From Welwitschia mirabilis (taxonomy: Eukaryota): a stretch of DNA of 64,000 bases. The notes below the pieces were generated by a model that was not told the origin of the DNA, searched no databases, and saw only the letters and a list, made by a program, of their open reading frames with translations. Within the stretch, counting starts at the first letter, position 1; every line of letters starts with the position of its first letter. Made by a program: the position numbers and the translations under genes. Positions 26,701 to 39,800 of this stretch are shown one piece after another. The DNA lies in NCBI GenBank assembly GCA_051453625.1, contig JBOZIK010000001.1, forward strand, positions 48,093,294 to 48,157,293, given 5' to 3'.

Positions 26701-27494
26701 CATTTAACTTATTGTCAAAGGATTAGAAAACATGTTACAATTTGGGCCTAAGGTTCATATTTTCCTAATTTTTCAGAGTTTTAGAGAAAACCTATGAGTA
26801 GAAAAAGTTTAAAGAGATTACAAAAAGGTCTATGTTCAAGGTTCTTGGTGTTTGAAGTAGAAAGCTAGCAGTGACAATCAAGTAAGGTGATGATGTCAGT
26901 CTAATTATGCAGAACGATTTAAGAAAAGAAATAGAGGGTTCACTTAGTTAACATAATAGGTTTTGAATTATAGGATCTGAGAAATTTTTTTTAAAAGAAT
27001 CCAAATTAATGTAACTTGAAGATTTACAACCTAGGGAAATAAACCTAACATTTTTAATTTTTCTTAAGATTTAACAAAAACAGAAATTGAAAAAAAAAAT
27101 TACAAATTTTTATAAAAACAAAATACATAAAATAAATTATTAAAGTTTGATTCAATTTTGATTTAGGATCTTAGGTTTTATTTTCACTTGTAGGAAAGTC
27201 GTTAGACCTATAGCACCAAATATTAGACATAAAAATGTAGTTTTAGCTATTAGAAAAGATAATCAAACTAAAAAATTTGGATTAGTTCAGGTTTTATTGC
27301 AAATGGATTAGTGCCTACTACTAAAAGGAAAAGAAAACATACAAAACAAAGAGAAAAGGACTACTTTGGGTATACTAGAAGAAGGACCAATACCCGCTAG
27401 TGAAAAAATAAAATCTAACTAAAATTGCAAGAATAAAATTATGCACTCTTCAAATAATTATCATGCAAATATCCCTGGTAATGGCACTAAAATA

Positions 27495-28784
27495 TGCTCA
27501 TAGCGTTGTAGTGATCTGGATTTAAAACTAAGTTTGCTCTTAGTTATCATTCTTTCACAGAGATATATGTGCTAACTTAATCAAAAGATACAAGATTAAT
27601 TCTACTAATAATGAAAAACTCAAATAAAACTAAAAATTAGAAAGTTGAGAGAAAAAGTGATCTTCGATTGGCAATGCAAGAAAATGAAAATTCTCCAAGG
27701 ATCTAATGATTCATCCAATTCTTCTACTTTGCTCTAATGATTCCTATATCCTGAATCTTGAAGATCAAATGAGCTCCATCTAAAGATTGCTAATTCCAAA
27801 TGATTATGCAATAACAATAAAAGAGTGAAACACACTGAGAATTAGTCCTCCCTCAATATTGCTAATGTTAAATTCATGTGTAATAACAATGAAAGGGTTT
27901 AAACTAATTCTAGCAATGTTCCCAGCTAAATGTTTCTACTAATAAGTAAATTATGCAATAATAACGAAATGGCTCAAACCAGTTCTTATATTAAATCTTA
28001 AAAAATATACATTACATCAATGAAGGAAGATAAGAAGAAGAAATCCTCAACTATCCGTGGACATTCTGCCCCCAAGAAAGATTATCAGAGTGCTATGATG
28101 TCCTAGTCTCTAAGTCTTCCCCACATTAAGCCAATTAAAAAATATTTATAATGGGTGCTAAAGGCACTTTTATAGATAAGGGAAGACTTAAGGAGTTATG
28201 CCATGGTAGCATTAGATGGAAATTACATAAGGGGGATTACTTAAGGATGATTACATAAGAAGGAAGCTACAAATATTTAGTATGTAGCCACAATAAGGAT
28301 TTCTTTATCTTCTAATGTAAACATGGCAATGATGTATTTTCTAACTATTGATGATGCTACCAATAGATGTCATGTCATGTTTCCTCCACATGATCATCCT
28401 CGTTATTGCCACATGTCACCATGACGTGTCAATTTATATTTTTACTAAGTGTCACCAGAGTTTAAGTTTAAATCCGATTTGTTTTTGATTGAGTGCATAA
28501 TTGAAATGTGATTATTTTTCTAAATAGATTTAAGAACATGAGTTTTATAGCATTTTTCCTCAAAAGTCTAGCGACACTGGTAGTATTGGTTAGTGGCGTC
28601 AGTGTTTAATGCTAAAGTTTGGTCAGTTTATGCATAGTTCTTCTGAAGGCTGTAATATACCTACTCATGTAAAGGGAAGTTCATATTTTCATGCAGAAGT
28701 AATTTAAAGGGCAGAAAACATTAATATGTGATAAAACCAATAATTTAATGTTTCTCCCTATGCTAAATTAATTAATTATACTTG
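27495..28784 (-). repeat. 5' LTR
   Basis: Partner of 22503-23781; the - strand ends ...TGAGCA, adjacent to the PBS. Confidence 0.9.
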
Positions 28785-29367
28785 NNNNNNNNNNNNNNNN
28801 NNNNNNNNNNNNNNNNNNNNNNNNNNNNNNNNNNNNNNNNNNNNNNNNNNNNNNNNNNNNNNNNACATTCCATTTTATCATGTTACGTTAAGAACATAAT
28901 TAGAAATGCTTGGTAGAGGAGGAGGGGAGCCGAGGACGGAGGAGGGGTGGTGGTATTAGTATTTCACTTAATTGGTATATCTCAATCACGCTAAAGTTAA
29001 ATAAAATTTGGCATACCAAGAACTTACACTAGGACATTTTCATCATTACAATTTTTGATGCTGTTCATCATTTCTCATTATTTGCTTTAGGAACTGGCAA
29101 AATGCTGAGCAGGTGTGTGATAACATGGAAAAATTGATATTTAAACCAAGTACTTTGAGCTAGTTTTGGATGTTTATGATGTTAATACCATGACCTTAAT
29201 TATTTTATATTATTATAGCTAAATTTCACTACAAAAACTGATTTTTTATATTTACCTATGCTCTTATCAAGTTTAAGGCTAAATGTAGATGCATGGATGA
29301 GGATCCAAAGTTGTGTTAAGCAAATTAGCTAGCAACACCAGTTTAAGAAGTAGCAACATCGGTTACG

Positions 29368-30279
29368 ACGACCCAAAGCAGACTGGGATATGTTAGGGTT
29401 TGTGTTGAGATTGCTCCGGAGCATGCGCTCCCATCCTCGATCTGCCTCAAGGGCCCTGGTGACGCTGTCCTGGAATAAAAGATCCAGTATAAGTGGACAC
29501 CATTGAGATGCAGCCTTTGTATTTGCTTTGGACATAATTCGGATTCCTATCCCCAAAAGAAGAAAATCTCTCAGATCTGGAAACCTGTTATCAATAACCC
29601 TAACCCTTCACAGCATGAAGTTTCAATCACAAAGGAGGATGTAAGCCCTCCTCAATTGGCAATCGCCATGGGGGAAAGGCCCACCGAATTTATAGGTTCT
29701 TTGTTCACAGCTGGTGAAAGCTCGGTGGGGCGCATCTGTCCTCAGACTGAATTAGGATTTCCTCGTGCAGGAGGAGCGGGTTGTCAGATTAATGATTTAG
29801 GGGCTGCTACCCCCAAAACTCAAAACTTATCGAATTAAGGAAAAGGCCAAATGTTTTCTTTAGAAGGATTTAGTGCTAGAAAATGCAGTAGAGAGGTGAC
29901 CCCTCTTCCCTGCTCAGCACATGATAACCTCCAAGAATCGCCGGTCATTGGTAAAGTTGTCTCGCTGCAACGCACTCTGGTCCGCTGTTAATCTGCTAGC
30001 CATGCCCAGAACGATTTGCAAGCTGTCTTAGCTCCTCGTCTCACATCTAACAAATCTCTTGTGGAGGAAATTTTCAATCAATCAATCTTAGAAGGTCAGT
30101 TATCTATTGATCCCTCTTTGTTATCAAAAAATATTGGAAGCATTAGTATCGACATTACACCAAGAAACGACCCACAGCAAAATAATGTAGTTGCAAAACC
30201 CAACCCCTCGCTGTTAATTAATCGTAAATCCAAAAGGGGAAAAGATAAAGGGGGGCCTGATATTGCAAAACTAGGTTAA
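29368..30279 (+). pseudogene. LINE ORF1 remnant (end of DUF4283-like region + CCHC zinc knuckle)
   Basis: Reads SRLGYVRVCVEI...*KIQYKWTPLRCSLCICFGHNSDSYP. ORF pieces 29503-29838 and 30016-30279 are in the same frame. Confidence 0.85.
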
Positions 30280-33200
30280 TGCATTTAGTAGCTTAGAACA
30301 TAAGAGGCCTGAATGGCCCTGCAAAACAATATCACATTCGACAGTTTATTTTGTCTCAAAACATTAGCGTTATTGTGATTTTAGAAACAAAAATTCAGGG
30401 TCCTAAAGTAGAGTTTATAGCTAATCATTGCATGCCAAACAGTTTTTGGAATTATATGCATAATTTATCATATTCTTCTAATGGGAGGATTTTACTGCTG
30501 TGGAATACGAAAATTGTTCAGTTAGTTGTGAAGTTTTCTTTGCCCCAAGTCATTCACACATTGATCCAGTTCAATGGAAAATTTTTTTTTTCTCTTTTAT
30601 TTATGCTTTTAATTCCCAGAAAGAGAGAGCCTCTCTCTGGCATGATATTGTAGTTCTAAATCANNNNNNNNNNNNNNNNNNNNNNNNNNNNNNNNNNNNN
30701 NNNNNNNNAGCAAGACCCGATGAAAAGGAAAAACGGATTCCAGGTTACTCTAAAAGATATAGAGGAGCTTCAAAACCTCTTTTTAAAAACTCATCTTGTA
30801 GATATAAGGTATTACGGATTTTCTTTTACCTAGTCGGACAAGTAGACTTTAAATAAAAGATCTTTTCTAAGTTAGATAGGTTGTTAACCAACCCGCTTTG
30901 GTTAGACCAGTTCCCTGTTTCTTTTATGGAGTTTCTTCCACCAGACCATTCTTCAAGCATTCTCAATGTTTGTTCCACTCTCAAAGTTAAGCCTCCCTTC
31001 AGATTTTGTAATTTTTGGNNNNNNNNNNNNNNNNNNNNNNNNNNNNNNNNNNNNNNNNNNNNNNNNNNNNNNNNNNNNNNNNNNNNNNNNNNNNNNNNNN
31101 NNNNNNNNNNNNNNNNNNATTCTCAATGTTTGTTCCACTCTCAAAGTTAAGCCTCCATTCAGATTTTGTAATTTTTGGTGTGAGGACCAAGGGTTTTATT
31201 CCATTGTCTCCTCTATTTGGACTGAGTCTCCCTCTGGAAATTCCCTATACGCTCTGCATAGAAAATTCCAGCAGATTAAGAAAGCTCTTAAAAAAAAGTT
31301 TGCTATCAAAACAAGTCTAGGATAGAAAATTCAAGGAGCCTATGTGGACCTCCAGAATATTCAAAATCAGTTGGCAGCATCTCCCCAGAATGAGAGGCTT
31401 TCACAAATGGAAAAATCAGCCATTAGAAATTATAATTCTCTTCTCTATCGGGAATATCTGCTTAACAAACANNNNNNNNNNTGCATAAAGAAAAGGACTA
31501 ATTTAGCTGTGATCAACAGGTTCTATGATGAAAATGGTAATAGCTTAACCAAGAACGAAGATATCAAAGAGAACTTTCTTTCCTACTTTAAGGGCCTTCT
31601 TAGTAGTGAGACAACGGTGTCAGATTTAGACACAAACATTTTGGCTGACGGTCCCTCCGTTTCTATTCAACATTATTTAAAGCTCTCTGAGCCAGTTTTA
31701 GCTGAGGAGATTAAGAGCTCATTCTTCCTAATAGGCAATGATAAAGCTCCTGGCCCTAACGGTTTCTCTGCAAAATTCTTTAAGTCCACATGGAGTATCA
31801 TCGGAAATGACATCTGCAAAGTAATTAAATTTTTTTTTTTCAGATTTTAGAATGCCTCACAGTGTGAACTCCACTGCTATTGTTCTTATATCCAAAAATA
31901 ATTTGCCCAACATAGCTTTAGATTTTCGCCTCATTGCTTGCTGTAATGTTCTCTATAAAGCCATATCATTGATTATCTCTAGAAGGCTGAAACTTGTTTT
32001 AGATGATATCATAGCAGAAAACTAGGGGGCGTTCATTTCTCACAGATTCATTACTCATAATATTCTTCTCACTCAAGAGCTAGTTCAGCACTATGCAAGG
32101 AGAAGAATCAGCCCTAGATGCATAATTAAGATTAACCTTAAGAAGGTCTATGACTCAGTCTCTTGGCAATTCCTGTTTATCGCGATGGACAAGCGAGGTT
32201 TTCCGTACAGATTCATAAACTAGGTTAAAGCTTGTGTCTCCTCCCCTTTCTTTTCTATTCTCATTAATGGAGAATTGGTGGGATACTTCCAAGGAAAAAG
32301 AGGTTTGAGATAAGGAGACCCATTTTCCCCCTACCTTTTTTGTATCATTATGGAGTATTATTCTAGAAGCTTAAGGAAAATTTCTCAGAACCCAACCTTT
32401 AGTTTCCACCCCAAATGCAAGAAGACGCAAATTACTTACTTATGTTATGCAGATGATCTCTTTCTGTTCAGTAAGGCTGATTTCAATTCCATAAGTCTTT
32501 TGAAAGAGAGCCTTGGTCATTTTAAGTCGGTTTCGGGGCTTGAAGCTAACTCCCTAAAAAGCCAAGTATTCTTTGGGGGTATCTCTCAAGAGTTAAAAAA
32601 TATTTTCATTTAGGTGCTTGGTTTTTCAGAAGGGACTCTCCCAGTGAAATATCTGGGCATCCCTTTAAGCTCAAGGAAACTAATAGTTTCAGATTGTTTA
32701 CCCCTCATTCTTAGAGTTACTAGTAAAATTAGATCCTGGACCTCTAAATTTCTATCTTATGTAGGAAGATGTGTTCTTATCAAAGCTATGCTATAGACCA
32801 TCTCCTCCTTTTGGTGCAGAATTTTTATCCTTCCTAACAAGGTGCTTCATGAAATTAACGGGCTATGCAGAAACTTTCTGTGGACTGGGAAAGTAGAGTA
32901 CTTAAAAAAAGCCCCTATAGCTTGGTCTACATTGACAAAGCCAAAGAAAGTAGGTGGTTTAGGTTTCATGGATTCTATTCTGATGAATAAAGTTCTAATT
33001 TCTACCCATTTGTGGAATCTAGCCCTTAAAAAAGATTCTCTTTGGGTCAAGTGGTGCCATGAATTTTACTTCAAAGGCACAAATATTCGGCATTATCATG
33101 TGAAATACAAAATATCTTGGATATTTAAAAAAATCCTGAAACTAAGATCCCTTTTAAGTGATCACGTTCAGCTTTCAGGTGATGTTATGACCTAGAAAAT

Positions 33201-33798
33201 CTCAGGTACTCCAGTCTCCACTGCTTCAGTATATCTCCATCTATTCGACCACCATCCGAAATGGGAATGGTGGGGCCTAGTCAGGAACAGAGCTGCAATT
33301 CCAAAACACTCCTTTGTTGTATGGCTGGGTTGCTATAACAGACTCACTACTAAAGATAGATTAGCTAAATTTGGTATCCAATCAGAATTGATTTGTGATT
33401 TCTGTGGCTCTAAACATGAATCTAGAGATCACCTATTTTTTGAATGTCCACCATGTGGGCACCTCCTTCACCTTTTGCTTAATTTGATTGGGATTACTCC
33501 CCCTTTATTCTCTTGGAAGGAGATTCTTATCTGGACCAAAGTAAAAATCAGATTAGGTAATACGTTTCACAGCATTATCAAATTCCTCATTTCAGCTTGT
33601 ATTTACCATATCTAGAAGGCAAGGAACAATAAGATTTTCAAGAATCAGGATTTCTAGCCCTCCCTAATCACCAAGAAAATAAAGTTGTAGCTTCAATTTA
33701 GACTGTTGTCTATCAATAAACTGAAGAACTTTCAAAAAAATAGAGCCTTTTGCAGAACTGTGGGGATCGCTCCCCATCTCATGGGCACGAATCCTTGA
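30279..33798 (+). pseudogene. LINE ORF2 pseudogene (APE endonuclease, reverse transcriptase, zf-RVT)
   Basis: Motifs in order: MHLVA*NIRGLN, ILETK, SKLDR, DHS, KAPGPNGFSAKFFK, RGLR*GDP.SPYLF, LCYADDLFLF, LPVKYLGIPL, PKKVGGLG, CDFCGSKHESRDHLFFEC. Multiple TGG>TAG and CAA>TAA stops plus frameshifts. Confidence 0.95.
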
Positions 33799-36719
33799 TT
33801 ATATGGGCCGCTTAGTTTGGTACCCTTCTCTACCCATTTGGAAGCCCAGATGTATGAGATTTTAAAATTCTGGAGACTCAGCCTGGTTCTAGACTGGTTT
33901 ACCAAGTTCAAGAAGTTGTCAAAATTGATCTCGCTCAGTTCCGAAGGAAGCACTAGAAGGCCTCTGGAACTATTTCGAGTTGATCTGAGATGAAGTATTC
34001 CATCATGTATCTAGCTTACTTTCTGTCCTAGGTTTCACTCTTCTGCAGGAGATGCTCTCTAGATGATATGAGCCTGGGCATACCCAGGAGCAGAGAAAGT
34101 CTCTGGCATTCTTGTCATGCCCTCCAGCTTTAAAGGAAGCCTGTTAGGTAGGTTCAGGCAATGGAGGGGCATTTTGTATCTTTCTCAAGGGTAGAGACGA
34201 TTTTCTTTCACAGGTTTAGTCTCGGTTCTAGATGATATTAAGAGGCCCATGGCCACTAGAGGGAAGCCGTGGTGCTATTGCTATTGCATTATGTTTCTTT
34301 GGTATATCTACTCCCAGTCTATGTCAGCTGTGTCATTTGCAGATCGTGCCTTTGTCACTACTGCAGGGTCTGCTTTCAATTCTGCAGGCCAAGAGTGGTT
34401 TTCCCCAAGTCTTCATTTTCATATCTAGGCCTCGCATATGCTGACAAATCATCAGGGCCTATCAAAAAAAAGGCAGAAAATTCAGGTCGATTCTCCAGGC
34501 TTTTTGAAAAATGGAGGAAGTTTCAAGCATCCCAGCTAGGCGTCCTTGTTTCAAATGGTAATGCAGGTTTAGAGGGAGGAAATATCACAATGTGCCTCCT
34601 TTTCAAAGAGAACCATTCCGGTTTAGAGTTAAAAGCTATTGAAACCATTTTGTTTTGAGCTGAGATGTAGGTCTACAAGTTGTGTTTTAGCTGTTTCAGC
34701 AGTTTCTGTTTCTAGCATGAATCTGTAGTAGCCAGCAGTGGTCCTCTTGGTTTCACCCCATCTGTCTTTATATGTATACATTGTAAGATACCACATATAA
34801 AATATTTGGTTTATTTTATATCCTTAGGTCATCAGAGGGATGTTTGGCCTTCTCAAGTCCTGGCTTTGGTACTCACAGTGAGCATTTCTAGGCTTTGGTG
34901 GCCCTAGCCAGTTTTTTTTTTCCTAAATCCATGTATCATGCATGAGTTGTACTCTCAATGTCCTAGTAATGAAATTCAATCAATCTTCATTCAAAAAAAC
35001 ATCGGTTACTGTTTGCAACATAGATTCATCCTTATATCCTTATTCGTTCTTATTGTAGCAAATATATTTGGAGGGTAGCCAAAATCAATTACTAAATCAC
35101 AAATATTTTCTAATTGAAATCCCCTTAAATTAACCCCTAACTAAAGAATAACTCCATTAGGCCTTAGAAATCCTAATTTATAACTCTAAATTGGTGTATA
35201 AATGTTATACTTTAGTTTAATTGAGTTCAATCATTGTTAAATTCATATAGAGAACATTTTCATCATTACAATTTTTCATGCTAGTCATCATTTCTCATTA
35301 TTTGCTTTAGCAACTAGTACAAGGCTGGAGGGTGTATGATAACATGAAAAAATGATATTTAAACCAAGTGCTTTGAGCTAGTTTTACATGTTCATGATGT
35401 TAATACCACAATCTTAATTGTTTTATGTTGTTATGACTAAATTTCACTACAAAAACTGATTTTCTATATTTACCTATGCTCTTATTAAGTTTTAGGCTAA
35501 ATGTAGATGCATGGATTAGGAGCCGAAGTTGTGTTAAGCAGATTAGCTAGTAATAGCAGTTCAAGAAGTAATAGCATTGATTACTGTTTGCAAAATAGAT
35601 TCATCCTTACATCTTATTCGTTCTTACTATAGGAAACCTATCTAGAGGATAGGAAAAATCAATTGCTAAATTACAAATATTGTCAAAGAGAAATCCCTTC
35701 AAATTGGTCCCTAGCTAAAGAATGACTTCATTAGGCTTTATAAATCCTAATTTATAACTTTAAATTGGCCTATAAATATCCTACTTTAGTTTAATTGAAT
35801 CCATTCATTATTAAATTACTACAAAGGAATTAGTATAGCTTTTGTCATGAGTCCTTTCTAAACCTTCCATTAGGAATGCGTTAGCCTTTAAGCTGGCATG
35901 ATGTTTCTTGGATTAACATAAAGTGTTTTTTTAATAATGATATGGTTTCACTCATTTTATAATAAAGTGTTGCATTTTTCTTGATCCATTGCTTTGATAT
36001 CAACTTATGATTGATTCATACTTGTTATGCTTAGATTTGGCCAAGGCATGTTAAGAACTTCAAATTTCATGTGTGATTCTTCTTATTTTCACTTTGGTTT
36101 CATAAAATAAATCTTTATTTAATGGATCTTAGGTGAAAGATATTTTTTATGCTTATAATATTCTTGCTAAGAAGGCTAAAGTAACTTGAATACATTAGTA
36201 ATACTCATATGATGGATGCAATTATGTCACTATGCTTAAGCTTAATTGATAAACTTAGCATAAATCATTGAACTTAAGGAGTAAAGCTACATAAGCCTAC
36301 CAAAAGACTTTTGCCATCTGTAAAATCATCATGCTAAATCTTGAAGCTATGTCTCATTCCTAATATTTGTTATATATTTTAAATATCCATACTTATTTGG
36401 ATTATGCTTACTTAATTGATATTTCACCACATCTATTCCTGAGGAAGAATGAACTTGGAACTATACTACAAATAAAAGTCCTAGTTTATTTGGTGAAAGT
36501 TGGATTAGAACATGTACGATTTGTATCCCTAAGCTAATCTTACATATAATCATCCATTAAGGATAGAGACGAGCATAGCCAAATTTCACTATGAATAAGA
36601 ATAGTTTAGTTCCTTTTCTAGGCTCAATTTTATTTTATTATAGTTTACATACTAGAAATTGTTTAGGCTTAAATTTATTATTCTTTAGCTCAAGGAGACT
36701 TATTCTCTTTTCTAGGCTT

Positions 36720-39700
36720 TGATTGTAGAGTCACAAGAGGCAACACACTTAGAAAATCACAAGAGATGGTAAGTGATGAAAATGAAAATAAAATAATCCA
36801 TCTAGGTTAGAACAAGAAACGAAATATAAATTATAAGTACCAATGCTTTACCATCAAGGTGCCTTGGCATTTTTAGTTAGAGTGGGGTGCTAATTGCATC
36901 ATTTGATTTTGGAATTATGTATTTAGTAAGGGTAGAAAGAGAGTGAGAAAGAAAGACAGAGAGAGGAGGGAAGGGGAGAAGCAAGAGGAGGAGGAGAATA
37001 TAAAATACATAGGAAAACAAAGAATTAAAGGTAATGAAAGAATTACTTTACAGTGGTGGTATAGAAGTTATAGATTATACACTAAAATCACAAAGCAATG
37101 TATTGAAGGTAATGAGAGAATCACTTTTAAATTGATGATGCCAAAAGTACAAGCTTAAAAAGTAAAATCACATATAATAGAGATTGTATAATATTTTTTA
37201 AATAATGACCTTCAAACACCTTATCTTAAATTCTGTCACCTTGATCCCATTCAAGCTTACCACTCTCCTCTATTTATAAGGATTTAAGAGAAATCTTAAT
37301 CATAAAGGAATATTATAATAGTATCCTCTTATAGCTTTTATCATAAATAGTTTCTAAACATAGTATGTTCGTTGCACCTAGATTCCTTTGAAAAATAGCA
37401 TATTACTCACACTTAGGTTTTCTTTTAAACATAGCATATTTCTTACACATAGACTTCCTCAAAACATTATAGATTAGATCATTACTCATTTTTGAGAAGA
37501 AAATTATAAAGAATTTTTTTTTATAAGAATACTAACATGTTAATAAATGGATCTCTAACTAATGGAAACACATTTTTATTATTTGTATTTTATAAGGATT
37601 CTTTTAAATCTTTCTTTATTATTTAAAAATGAGTTATTAGAAGTAAGGTTCTATTCCTTTTTTTAGACTTCTACAATCCATTCTCAGGTATTTCTCATAT
37701 GAAATCCAAATTGCATCGTCTAGATAATCTTTTGATAACTAGAGTAAGTACTTCTCCTACTGTTTTTAATATATGTATACTTCTCACTACTTTTAGGAAT
37801 AATTAATTTTCCATTCATCTTTTACTTTATTTTATTCAAAATTTACAACTATGCAACCCAAGCTTTATCATTTGTAGGTTTTTCATGGTATTTCACTAAG
37901 TCAGTCGTAATGAATGTAGGTGAAATATCTAGATTGTCTAGAAGATATAAGTGGTAAGCATTAAATGAAATATTCTTTATAATTTTACATAAACCAATAT
38001 TTTGGAACTTGTCTTGTTATAGGTTCTTGTGAAAAATGTTTTCTTCTAGAGGTATACCATGGCTATGTCACCCTCCTAAACTTTACATGTCTTCTATACT
38101 TATCTATTACATTCTTAGCCTTGAATTTTGATGGTTTTAAGATTTGTTACACATGATCATGAAGATCTGTAACTCCCTTTCCATGATATTTTACCATTTC
38201 TAAAGCTTTTAGAATTTCATGCAATATATTTTGCATCCTTGGGTGATATCCATATTCTACGTCAAATGTTGATTTTCTTATACTTCTATCCCTTGAATTA
38301 TTGTAACAAATAATTGTATCTATTAAGTAATCCATTCATCTATTTAGCTTATACTTAAAAAGTCATATTAGTAAGATTCCATTATTGTGATTCATCACTT
38401 CTATTTATCGATCTATCTATGAATGATATACTTAAGAATACTATAACTTACTGGCCATCATGTACCATACAGTCCTTTAAAAATGAAAAAGAAATTTTAC
38501 ATATATGCCTAAAACTATCATCTTCATTAACTCATGGAGATATACAACACCTCTAAAGAATAGTGTAGTAATGTGTAAACCATCATTTATTTTAACATAA
38601 GGAATAAATTATGTCATTTTGCTAAATTTTGAATTCGATAGTCCCAAGATGAAGTCCATATAGAAGTCTCATTATGGATGTCCTGGAAGTAGTAATGACA
38701 TGTATAATATTACACTCTTCAATCCTCATTTTACTCTTTAATAAATAAGTAAATTTTACATCATATTTTGTACATATGTGTACACATTTAAGTAGTTTCA
38801 TAAATTATTCAATAGTTTATAGGTTTTATCCAACTCATCATATCCAATCATTCTTTATAATGTTATTTTTTTGTCTTTTTTCTTCTTTTTTTTTTGAAAA
38901 GTCTTCTCCCTTACTAATTTTCTAGAAATGTACAACCTACCATCCTTATAGAGCAAATTGTCTCAAATATGAAAGCCCTTGAAATTATACCCTTATGAAG
39001 GCATCTTTACTTTTCCTGAGATATCTTGAAGTTTGGATCATAATAATACAAGTATAAAATGTGTGATAAACTAATATTAAAGTTGCAAGATCTTATCATG
39101 TACACCACTTAAATTAAGGCATCCACAAATGTTTTCATCGTCTTTATTTTGTGCTTGATTACAAAGTTAAATTCATATAACTTCTTTGCACACTTCGCTT
39201 TTTTTGCACTTAGTTATCCTGACTATTCATGTGTTGCAATACCTTGTGATCGACATATAGAATGAGCTCCTTATATAGCAAGTAATATTTACACCTCTTC
39301 AAGAATTGCAATATGGGGTATAGCTCCTTATCATAGGTTGAGTACTTCTACTCAGCAGCATTTAGCTTTTCAAAAATACGGCAATAAGTTTTCTTCTTGG
39401 GTATGCACACTGTTAACTACTTTACTACTTGAATCATACTTTGCTTAAGAGGTCTTACTAAAATCTATAAGTACTAGTGTAGGTCTTATAATAATGCTCT
39501 TCATTAACTACTGGAATGATTCATCTACATTTTTGGTCCACTTGGAGGCTCAATTATTGTTAACAGTATCTAATATTAGTACATAAATCTTACTAAAATA
39601 CTTAATAAATCTCTTATAAAAACTTTCTGGTGAATAGAAACTATAGACATTCCTTGCTGAAATTGCTATTGATTACTTCAAGATAGGATTCATCTTGTTA

Positions 39701-39800
39701 GAATCCATTTTTCTTCCATGTTTAGAGATAACTATGAAATGTACTTTGAGTGATAATGGTTTAAAACATGTTGATATGCTAGAAACTGAATCTTTTGATC
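36720..39800 (-). mobile_element. Very degraded chromovirus (CRM-like) Ty3/gypsy remnant: RT end, RNase H, integrase and 3' LTR
   Basis: The - strand reads SFYKRFIKYFSKI (~39590-39630), EKLNAAE*KYSTYDKELY (~39320-39375), MDFILG (~38642-38660) and a YHP.TDGQ.EV.N-like motif (~38390-38430). A putative LTR at 36720-37481 has TGAT...ATCA termini and is preceded by a decayed PPT. Confidence 0.65.

Larger units (their letters stand above)
22503..28784 (-). mobile_element. Non-autonomous Athila-type LTR retrotransposon (two ~1.3 kb LTRs, ~3.7 kb internal region without pol)
   Basis: Direct repeats at ~22503-23781 and 27495-28784, the latter running into an N-gap. Decayed PBS TTTTAGTGCCATTACCAGGGAT on the - strand at ~27470-27493. 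PPT TAGTTAGGGGGTG on the - strand at ~23782-23794, followed by LTR start TGTTTAC. No RT, RNase H or integrase motifs inside. Confidence 0.85.
29367..34997 (+). mobile_element. L1-clade LINE retrotransposon, 5'-truncated within ORF1, with 12-bp TSD
   Basis: TSD AACATCGGTTAC at 29355-29366 and 34998-35009; short A-tail at 34993-34997; ORF1 and ORF2 remnants in the expected order. Confidence 0.95.
29033..35820. repeat. ~570-bp tandem duplication; unit 1 (29033-29366 + 35010-35250) is split by the LINE, unit 2 (35252-35820) is uninterrupted
   Basis: ACATTTTCATCATTACAATTTTT.ATGCT starts at ~29034 and ~35254. TGTTTGCAA.ATAGATTCATCCTTA occurs at ~35010 and ~35585. The units are colinear throughout. 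The following sequence to ~36545 resembles an LTR 3' end. Confidence 0.9.

Noticed and set aside
29367..29500. Possible 5' inversion (twin priming) at the LINE start
   Set aside because: The + strand reads directly as ORF1 (RLGYVRVCVEI), so this is a simple 5' truncation.
30959..31178. 60-bp direct repeat within LINE ORF2, flanking an N-gap
   Set aside because: The same sequence (one mismatch) lies on both sides of a 100-N gap. This is typical of unmerged contig overlap, not a real duplication.
34269..34658. Cys-rich 129-aa ORF as a zinc-finger gene
   Set aside because: Non-ATG start, Cys spacing matches no family I recognise, and it lies in the LINE 3' region. Kept only as part of the 3'-region finding.
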